A stretch of 64,000 nucleotides of DNA from Octopus vulgaris (taxonomy: Eukaryota). Positions 53,736 to 64,000 of this stretch are shown here, one piece after another. A program made the position numbers and the translations under genes. The stretch is from NCBI GenBank assembly GCA_951406725.2, contig OX597815.1:196602001-196666000 (forward strand). The letters are read 5' to 3'. Every line of letters starts with the position of its first letter. The first letter of the stretch is position 1. Below the pieces are notes generated by a model. That model made no database searches, had not been told where the DNA came from, and saw nothing but the letters and a program-made list of their open reading frames with translations.

Positions 53736-54259
53736 CGGTATCTAAATACTTCTGATTTGCGCCGGATGATCTTACTGCATTTATGATACAGCAAAAGCAC
53801 GGAAGTTTTAGTTTTAGTTGTTTTGACAAGATTTGTAATTAGGAAAGACTACTTTTACCTAATTACTATAATGTCTTTAGCCTGCCTTTCGATACGTTTT
53901 AACTAGGGAAAGATAATAATTATTTTATCTAGGGAAAGAACTCAACATTAATAATTATATTAGTTAAATAGCATAATATTACTAGAGAATTATGAAACCT
54001 TTTCACGCAAACGTTCAATAAATAATTCTAAATTCAATATCGAACATCGAGTTCATGTCGAAACTAAGTTATATCGATCGTTCTTCTTTATTCTGTAATA
54101 ACTGACAATGTCAGACTTAAATGTTAGTTGGCAATTAGTCAGTTGTACAGTACAGTTAATAACTATAATAACAAGGTTTTTGACAATAACGACATATGCC
54201 AAGAAACTTATGTGATTTTGGAAGAATATCAAATATTTTCTTTAAAAATATGAATGAAG

Positions 54260-54302
<43 letters not shown>

Positions 54303-54760
54303 ACACACACATATATATATATATGTATGCGTATATAGAATTTTGTTTGTGTATGCCTGTACATGTCTATATGTAAATACACTCACTCACACAGACAAAT
54401 ATTTGTTTTAAGCTGCTTGGGAGTGCTGCTGGTAACATGTAACCCAATGCAACCTGTGCATAGTTGAATTGTCAGCGGTTAAACCATCAACCCCAAACAG
54501 AACTTGCTTCGTTTGCTGGGGGATTTTTTTTTTTTTTTACGCTTTGCAAGATGAAATGCAACGTCAGTCTAAGGACATATGAACTCGGGGGAAGTAATGG
54601 CTATCCAAGAATATATTATTATGCACAACCTATCTTTACGAGAATTTTGTCGTTTTTCCAAGTGAAGGCTGGTTGAAATAAGTAACTGTCATCTCCACGT
54701 GAGCAAAGTTGGCGGTTGCAAACTAATGGAGGAAACTGATGCAGTTGGTATACGGATCTA

Positions 54761-55360
54761 AGGCGGTGAGCTGGTGTGAAACGTTAGCACGCCGGGCGAA
54801 ATGCGTAGCCGTATTTCGTCTGCCGTTACGTTCTGAGTTCAAATTCCGCCGAGGTCGACTTTGCCTTTCATCCTTTCGGGGTCGATGAATTAAGTACCAG
54901 TTACGTACTGGTGTCGATGTAATCGATTTAATCCGTTTGTCTCTCCTTGTTTGTCCCCTCTGTGTTTAGACCCTAGTGGGTAGTAAAGAAATAGGTATTT
55001 CGTCTGCCGTTACGTTCTGAGTTCAAATTCCGCCGAGGTCGACTTTGCCTTTCATCCTTTCGGGGTCGATGAATTAAGTACCAGTTACGTACTGGTGTCG
55101 ATGTAATCGATTTAATCCGTTTGTCTCTCCTTGTTTGTCCCCTCTGTGTTTAGACCCTAGTGGGTAGTAAAGAAATAGGTATTTCGTCTGCCGTTACGTT
55201 CTGAGTTCAAATTCCGCCGAGGTCGACTTTGCCTTTCATCCTTTCAGGGTCGATAAATTAAGTACCAGTTACGCACTGGGGTCAATGTAATCGACTTAAT
55301 CCGTTTGTCTGTCCTTGTTTGTCCCCTCTGTGTTTAGACCCTAGTGGGTAGTAAAGAAAT
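54761..55360 (+). mobile_element. SINE family B trimer (one head + three 184-bp bodies)
   Basis: gtatttcgtctgcc at 54811, 54995 and 55179; single TSD gtatacggatcta (54748-54760 and 55365-55377). Confidence 0.93.
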
Positions 55361-56008
55361 ATATGTATACGGATCTAGAAACCAGGATACACATCTGCAA
55401 TGACGCTTTAAGACTGAGACACGAACTAAGTTAGAAGGATGAAAGGTTAAGAGATTTGTTGCTCAGGGTTACATTTACAATTTCCTGCATCCTCCTACAT
55501 ATTCAGTTCTCTTAGTTTCATCGTGCCATTGAGAATATTACGTCAGAACGAAATACTGTGTCCCGTGTGTACGTAGAGCTATCACACTTAAATGATGCTT
55601 GCGCTAATCAAGCAGTTATGCTCAACGAGTAGGTGGGGGGGGGGCTTCATGCTATAATTGACATATGCATAGATATGTCTAAAAGATATATATATATAAA
55701 AGATCTCAAATTTTATTTGATTTGCTTTTCCAGGAAGGAAAGTTTCTATCGAAGATACGTCTCGCCTTCACCTTCGAAACGTAAAGTAGATGAAACCATG
55801 GCGATTGAAGAAGGGGTCTTTTCCTTGTGTTATTTGTCCTGTACTCTATTTTTTTGTTGTTTAAGGAAAATGTCCAGTTCCTTGGGTTTGTGTCTATGTT
55901 TTCGTTTCTCATTGTGTTCGGCGTTTTTTTGGTGTCCTGTACTCATATATGCGTGTATATATACATGTAGAGGTAGGTATGTACATATATGTATATGTTT
56001 TATTTATT

Positions 56009-56061
<53 letters not shown>

Positions 56062-56766
56062 ATATATATATTTATTTATTTATTTATTTCGTTTTTTTTA
56101 TCTTGTTTGCAAGAATCTGAATGTAAATTCGTGTGTTGAAGCATATTTTATTGTGTCTGGGGATAGTCACTCTCTTTTAGTGCTTTATTAATTTAGCACA
56201 CTCACCGATTTCCACTCATTTACTTATTTATTTATTTTTACTAGTAAAAATAAATTTCAAAGCTTAAATAAAATAAAAAATTTTCACACATATCAAGTTT
56301 CTCGCCATGGCTCGCTTAAACTGGTCTCTTCTTATGAACGCTGTGCCTGACTCTTGAATTCAGAATATGAATTGACACATTATTCTTGCTGGTCGGGACA
56401 CATGTTAAGCCCCGAGGTATGTTCTTTTTCAGTTAATTTCTCTGTATAGGGGGTTAACCTATAATTTTAGCTTACGTTTTGAATTTTAATGTAATGCCGC
56501 TTGCCGACAGCTTTTGTGATTGAGGGGATATACTATGAGGGTTTATAGAGCGTTTGTAGCGGTTTTGACTGCTATTTCTAGGCATGTAAGTGTTTTTATA
56601 ACTCTCTCCGCTATAATTGCCATTTATTCACATTTATACACTCTTCTTTTATGAAAAATAAAAAGGATTTTTTGATTGCATGTTCTGGCCACTGATATAT
56701 TTGTATATAATTTTGAATTGTTTACAATATATCCTGCGTAATGTATTTCTACCTTCTTTCGTCTTA

Positions 56767-57157
56767 TCTTTATATATAAAAGTGGGGTTGTGTGTCTGTC
56801 TCCTATGATTTAGATTCCTAACTACTCCCACATTTTGCGGTGCAGTTTAACCAAAACCGGGTATCTTATAGTCGTGATTCATATCGAGCCCTTCTCGGGT
56901 ATTAGCGCGCGTCTACGATGAGTCTACGATTTAAAAAAAAATTACCATCAATTTTTCCCATTTTTGATGCATTTTTGGCATATATAAGGGAAGTAACTCT
57001 CTAAAAATTTATTATTAAATCTCAGAACGTAAAAAGCTACAGTAACACCCCCTTTGTGGTTAGCCATATTGAGATGGCTATTATACTTTACATCTCTAAA
57101 AATGCTTATATAGTTATTTCCCTTACAAACCCGAGCAACGCCGGGCGATACTGCTAG
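56767..57157 (+). mobile_element. Non-autonomous Helitron, copy 2
   Basis: A|TC...hairpin...CTAG|T; near-identical to 42997-43394. Confidence 0.88.
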
Positions 57158-57198
<41 letters not shown>

Positions 57199-58113
57199 AC
57201 ATGTGTGTGTATATGTATGTGCGTGTGCGTATGTGTGTCTCTGTGTGTATACGTATGTATATTGATGTATGTATATAACTCCGCAACCTTGATTGCGGAA
57301 TAAGTCCCTTTATGCGTTTTGCAATCTGATGCCCGATAGAAAATATTGTAGCGATCCCCTAAATATGGGGCCCAGTGCTTATTAAGAATCAATGTACACC
57401 CATAAATAAATACGCGCATCGGCGAACAAACCGTATCATTCACAAAGGCACATTATATATATTCACCGTACGTGAGTACGTAAATGCATAAAAATATACA
57501 TGTAGGTAGGCAGGAATGTAAACCAAGTAATTCCATGTGTTACCGGTAATATGTAAACTAGTACAACCAATTGTATGATCGAGTTGTCGGAGAACTAAAC
57601 TGGCAACCTTACCAAACCAACTTGGTAAGGAGGTGTGATTCGTTCGACAAATTGCAGGCCGAAGAGAACAAAAAAGCTGTCAAAGGAAAGTCGAACTCAG
57701 TAGACCAAATGGTGAGACTTCCCTCGACTTTCCTTAGACATCTTTCTAGGAGGAGGAAATTCCGAAATAAACTCCTGGCTTGTAGCGAAGTTGGAAAACT
57801 TGACCTGACATGTTTCTGAATTACCTGGCATTGAAGTTAAGAATATTCGCAATGTTGGGCGCGGTGTTACTGAGTCTAAATATCAGCTCAGACACAGCGA
57901 CAGCCATTGAGTTAAACTTCTAGGATAATATAATTTGTCAGTGATGAACATACACATTCACAAGTTGACGCCTGCCGTGTATGCCCGATAAGAATTCGTG
58001 TCTATTTAATCTGAGCGCTGCATATATAATAAGCACGCTACCGATTCTAGGTGACATGTACATACACAGAATGAAAGAGAGAGAGAGAGACAGAGAAGAG
58101 ATATGTAGGTAGG

Positions 58114-58147
<34 letters not shown>

Positions 58148-58174
58148 CATAGATAGATAGATACACACACACAC

Positions 58175-58218
<44 letters not shown>

Positions 58219-58257
58219 TAGAGAGAGAGAGAGAGAGAGAGATAGATAGATAGATAA

Positions 58258-58337
<80 letters not shown>

Positions 58338-59245
58338 TTATAGAGATAGATAGATACGTGTAGGGATGAGTGTGATTCTGTGTGTGTGTTAATAAATATA
58401 TGTATATATATTCCAGTGTAGGTATGTGATGTGTGTCTGTGTTTATGTGTATGTATGCGTAGTATTTCAACAAATCTAATTATTTTACACCATGTTCCTC
58501 TCCGATTAAACTTTGCATTATTAAATATCCAAACTAGAAACACCATTTTGATTAGATTTAGTAATTTAGATTCATTTGTTACACATGCAGTCGCTTTATC
58601 TCTTGTGAATTCTCTGTCTCCTGATAATATATCGCCAATATATACCCACCCACCCTAGCCACACACAATATCTCGGAGTATGTACGTCCCCCATGTTCAC
58701 ATGTAAATATATATCATCATACTTTTTGTTCTCTTACCCGTTCCTCACTTCTCCCATTATGGACATACTTCGTGTGTGTGTTTATGCATACATTTACGTA
58801 TGCTTCTATGTATGCATTTATGTATGTATGTATTTATTTATGTATGTATATAAGTATGTATGTATGTATGTATGAATGTATGGATGTAAGTATGTATGTA
58901 TGTATGTATTATGTATGTATGTATGTATTCATATATGTATGTATGTATTATGTATGTACGTATGAATGTATGGATGTAAGTATGTATGTGTGTATGTATT
59001 ATGTATGTATGTGCGCGCATATGAATACATGCATACATAAATACGTACACACATAATATATGCATATATGCAATTACATATATATATATGTGTGAGTATA
59101 TACATTTATATATATATATATATATATGTGTATGTATGTATGCATGAATAGGAATACGCACATATAGAGGTGTCACAAAACTCACCAAACAAGACACCAT
59201 TATCTTGGCGTTATCGAAGTCTAAAAAGATTATCTATGAATTAAA

Positions 59246-59321
59246 GCAACCAAATCAACATAATTAGTCACTATAGACACTATGGTGATTCTATGGTGAC
59301 TAATAATATTGATTTGGTTGC
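59246..59321. repeat. Imperfect hairpin, about 32-bp stem
   Basis: gcaaccaaatcaacataattagtcactataga versus tctatggtgactaataatattgatttggttgc. Confidence 0.8.
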
Positions 59322-59909
59322 CTTAGACCATGAATCCACAAACACTTTCACCTAGTTTTGCATGCGAGCACAACTAACGATAAAGACACTCTGCGACATA
59401 CAAGAATTAACAAACAACTATATCATATATACATGTCCACCATTATCTGCTAAGCAGATATCACTATAGTTTACCCCTATTTTTTTGTGTGTGTGTGTTG
59501 ACTTCAATCGCATTTGTTTTAACCTGGGTGTTGCCAACAATATCACCGAAAATACGTCCAAATGCATTTCGATTCCGTTATTATCAGCCTTATCTCCAAT
59601 GTCTGCCAGTATCACTATATGTTTAACTCTCACATCTCCATATATATATATATATATATATATACGAGGAGAATTCACAAAAAAAAACAAAAGATGAAGA
59701 TGTATTAGTATAACGCTCGGGAATTGCAAAAGTCTTTAATGTTTCGAGCCTAGGCTCTACCACAGAAAGGAACACAGAAAGAAACAAGGAGAGAAAATAT
59801 ATATGTATATGTGTATATATATATATATATATACATTGTTTGCGTTTTATGATGTCATGTTCCCATATATACATATGTACATACATATATAAGTATGTAT
59901 GTATATATG

Positions 59910-59963
<54 letters not shown>

Positions 59964-60460
59964 ATGTATTATGTTTGTGGTGTATGTGTGTTTGTTAGCG
60001 GGTGTGTCAACCCTTGTGAGTGCGTGTGTGTGTGAGAATGGCTGTGCACTCATTCATGACCGTTATTAACCATTGCCTATACAAAATGCCTGCGATGCTC
60101 TTGCATGAGAGCATTGCACCTGCAACCGGCCTCACTCTTCTTCACGCTCACAGCTTCCATGCTCACTACGGTGTCCTCGTAGTCAAACCGCCATTTGATA
60201 GTCGCCTTGCCAGCTATTATACAACCTTAGGTTTTAGGTCCAATAGATTTTGCAGCAACTCACGCTAATATTTTATGAATACTTTGCAGAGATGCAACCC
60301 AGATAAATATATTGTACAAATTGTACATTGAGTGGTACGATAATCCACGTCCAACTTGTATGTCCGAAGCTTAAATAACGAATGGATTCGGTATAAATTC
60401 TGTATATAATCTCAATATATTATAGTAAAACACACACACACACACACACACTCAGACACG

Positions 60461-60495
<35 letters not shown>

Positions 60496-61179
60496 ACACA
60501 CGTGCACGCACACACACACAGACACACAAATGAATGAGGATTAATTCATGATTTACTCAGCTACGTACGTTTCAAATAGAAATGCATGACTGAATATGCT
60601 GTAAATTATCGATTAGAGAGAGAGAATAATTCAGTACCTTATTATTCTTCTACAAGATATTTCACCACTGTTACCAGTGTCGAACATTTTAAGGGACTTA
60701 GAACTAAATTTGAGCCAGTTTATCAATATATTTATATTTGACCATTTTCCCAGAGTAAAGGATAAGGAGTAATTCTTTAGAGACCAACTTAGGCTTCTTG
60801 ATTATCAGATCATTATAGAATTCTAATTTAATCTGTGATGTGTCCAAGCACACTAGGCAGCTAGAAGAATATATATAGCCTGATATAGTGCCTCTCACGT
60901 GTATATTTAACTGAACAGTATATATACAATTAAATGGTAGGGTATGTTGAAATCAATCTTTTTAGCAGAATTATTATTCAGGTGAAGATAGAATTGTAAT
61001 TTGACCCGTAAAATCTCTCTAAATATATACAATGAATAGAAGATGGGTTGAGTTAATGGTAATTCTAAAAGAAAATATTCAGAAGATGGCATTTAATATA
61101 TACATACATACATGCATAAATACGTACGCACATACAAATATACATACATACATGCATATATATATGCATGAATATGTAC

Positions 61180-61395
61180 CATCATCATCATCATCATTGT
61201 TTAACGCTTGCTTTACATGCTGGCATGTGTTGGACTGTTTGACTGAGGACGAGCAAGCCAGAAGGCACCAATTTGTCCTGGCAAGGTTTCTACAGCCGGA
61301 TGTTCTTCATAACGCCAACCACTCCGAAAGTGTAGTGGGTGCTTTTCACGTACCACCGGCATGAGGGCCAGTCAGGCGGTGTTGGCAACGACCAC
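61180..61395 (-). mobile_element. Retroposon 3' end, family E
   Basis: Homologous to 26081-26272 with (cat)n tail. Confidence 0.7.
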
Positions 61396-61536
61396 TTATG
61401 TATATGTGTGTCTGTGTGTGTTTGTATGTATATATATGTATATATATATTATATGTATGTGTAAGTACTCGTGCGTGTACATATATAATATAATGTATGT
61501 ATATATACACGCACGTAAACATACGCGCGCACTCAG

Positions 61537-61570
<34 letters not shown>

Positions 61571-61942
61571 CTTCTATGTCATCTGTTTGCCTTTAAACGA
61601 CCATAGAAAAGGAAATGTAAGATTTCAGAATTTTCATTCCGATTTGAAAACAACCAAGAAATAGAATATAGGAATGTATGAACGCACGAGGGGGTGGGAA
61701 AGAGGGAGAAGTCGACGATGGAAGTCAGAAATAGGAATCAGAATAATTAATTATGGATGGATTCAATCAAGTTAAGCATTACTAATTTATTTATTTACAA
61801 CACAACATTTTGAATAGGGTGACTCCAATCACATAATGGAATGCCTTCCAAATTGTCACACACAGAATTGTGCCCATATACACTCGTAATTAATTAATGC
61901 AGCACAAATTTGATAAATATATGCATGCACACATGCATACAC

Positions 61943-61998
<56 letters not shown>

Positions 61999-62070
61999 AC
62001 ACACACGTGCACACGCACGCACGCACGCTCACACATACATACATGCATGCAGAAACATGCGTAGATACCT

Positions 62071-62628
62071 CGGCGATAAAGGCGGCGAGCTGGCAGAAAC
62101 GTTAGCACGCCGGGCGAAATGCGTAGCCGCATTTCGTATATATATATATATATACATATAAACGACAGGTTTCTTTCAGTTTCCGTCTTCCAAATCCACT
62201 CACAAGGCTTTGGTCGGCTCGGGGCTATAGCAGAAGACACTGGCCCAAGATGCCACGCAGTGGGACTGAACCCGGAACCATTCTGAGTTCAAATTCCGCC
62301 GAGGTCGACTTTGCCTTTCATCCTTTCGGGGTCGATAAATTAAGTACCAGTTACGCACTGGAGTCGATGTAATCGACTTTATCCGTTAGTCTGTCTTTGT
62401 TTGTCCTCTCTGTGTTTAGCCCCTTGCGGTTAGTAAATAAATAGGTATTTCGTCTGCCGCTACGTTCTAAGTTCAAATTCCGCCGAGGTCGACTTTGTCC
62501 TTTATCCTTTCAGGGTCGATAAATTAAGTAACAGTTACGCACTGGGGTCGATATAATCGACTTAATGCGTTTGTCTGTCCCTGTTTGTCCCCTCTGTGTG
62601 TAGCCCCTTGTGGGCAGTAAAAAAAATA
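62071..62628 (+). mobile_element. Chimeric SINE: family B head, inverted family A fragment, two family B bodies
   Basis: 20-bp TSD agaaacatgcgtagatacct at 62051 and 62629; family A piece at about 62160-62280; B junction at about 62445. Confidence 0.88.
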
Positions 62629-63221
62629 AGAAACATGCGTAGATACCTTGTTGCAACACAATTACATACACAGAGAACTACTAATACCGGGATATACTGA
62701 AGAATGACCCGACTGCAATACGATGCAGTTTAGCAGAAATACGGATAGAAACAAATATACGCTAGAATATGCAGAGATATGGATCTTACTTGACCACAGT
62801 TGTTACACTGATTAACAAATACAGACACAGACAATCACTCACACCTACGCACACAGATCTGCAATATAAGAGTAGTAGCCTCATACGTTGGAAGGAAAAT
62901 GAAAAGTTAGATCAAATATTGATTTGCATAATTTACATGAGTCACGGAGACTTGAAAAATGAAGAGCTCAGTGAGATAACTCTGCTATCTGTAAATATAG
63001 ATTCACTCCATGACTATTGCCTTATCAAATAATTGTTTGTTGCAGCTCTTATTGACTTAAGACAAACTGAGACAATCGCGCTCACCCACGCATGTCTGGA
63101 TTATATGTGCAGAACAGAGCTTTGCGAGATTTGGAAAAAAAAATTATTTACTCATACTTGATACGATTGACGTTTTATTCTTTAATTGTATTTGTACATT
63201 TGGGGGTTCCGTATATCTCAT

Positions 63222-63604
63222 GGAGGCGCAATGACCCAGTGGTTACGGCAGCGGACTCGCGGTCATAGGATCGCGGTTTCGATTCCCAGATCGGGCGTTG
63301 TGAGTGTTTATTGAGCGAAAACACCTAAAGCTCCACGAGGCTCTGGCAGAGGATGGTGGTGATCCCTGCTGTACTCTTTCAACATAACTTTCTCTCACTC
63401 TTACTTCCTGTTTCTGTTGTACCTGTATTTCAAAGGTCCGGCCTTGCCACTCTCTGTGTCACGCTGAATATCCCCGAGAACTACGTTAAGGGTACACGTG
63501 TCTGTGGAGTGCTCAGCCACTTACACGTTAATTTCACGAGCAGGCTGTTCCGTTGATTCGGATCAACCGGAACCCTCATCGTCGTAACCGACGGAGTGCT
63601 TCCA
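63222..63604 (+). mobile_element. tRNA-headed SINE, family F
   Basis: ggaggcgcaatgacccagtggtta...ggtttcgattccc head; TSD atatctcat; body similar to the fragment at about 41460-41660. Confidence 0.85.
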
Positions 63605-63628
63605 ATATCTCATAAGACAAGGGAGGAG

Positions 63629-63949
63629 TCTCTTTACTCTCTGTTTTACCTTTTTACTTGTTTCATTCATTTTGACTGCGGCCATGCTGGAGCACCGCCT
63701 TTAGTTGACCAAATCGACCCCGGGACTTATTCTTTGTAAGCCTAGTACTTATTCTGCTATTCGGTCTATTTTGCCGAACCGCTAAGTGACGGGGACGTAA
63801 ACACACCAGCATCGGTTGTCAAGCAATGCTAGAGGGATAAACACACACACACAAACATATACACACACATACACATATATATATACATATATACGACCGG
63901 TTGTCAAGCAATGCTAGAGGGACAAGCACAGACACACAAACATATACAC

Positions 63950-63992
<43 letters not shown>

Positions 63993-64000
63993 TACGACAG
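63629..64000 (-). mobile_element. SINE family A 3' part with about 85-bp internal tandem duplication, cut by the window edge
   Basis: cggttgtcaagcaatgctagaggga occurs twice (about 63813 and 63898). Confidence 0.88.

Noticed and set aside
54811-55360. Regular repeats suggestive of a CRISPR array or satellite
   Set aside because: No unique spacers, eukaryotic context, and the unit is a SINE body.
56280-56650. Possible further Penelope 3' remnant
   Set aside because: Only short motif similarities (acagagaaattaac, tagaaatagcag); not enough to annotate.

Overview
AT-rich, microsatellite-dense eukaryotic (metazoan) intergenic/intronic DNA with no intact host gene that I can support. The SINE repertoire looks like that of an octopod cephalopod (inference from memory, not tested). 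Contents: many copies of several tRNA-headed SINE families; a young 5'-truncated R4/Dong-clade LINE (RT C-half plus restriction-like endonuclease) in an (AAT)n tract, with two older relatives nearby; three decayed Tc1/mariner-superfamily transposases; two copies of a non-autonomous Helitron; a U6 snRNA pseudogene; and a 5'-truncated Penelope-like (GIY-YIG) element with an inverted terminal repeat. The most notable theme is several unrelated hammerhead-ribozyme (HHR) elements, mostly at (TA)n tracts: a near-identical 454-bp tandem with one type I HHR per unit (retrozyme-like, 18682-19629), a 140-bp-arm foldback with an HHR on each strand (21051-21386), a U3-A8 covariant HHR in the Penelope repeat, and several relics. 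Also notable are SINE multimers (one head plus up to three 184-bp bodies, with a self-complementary junction), a perfect 123-bp-arm palindrome related to the Helitron, and unusually long (134 and about 146 bp) direct repeats flanking insertions. All alignments, folds and translations were done by eye; no searches were run.
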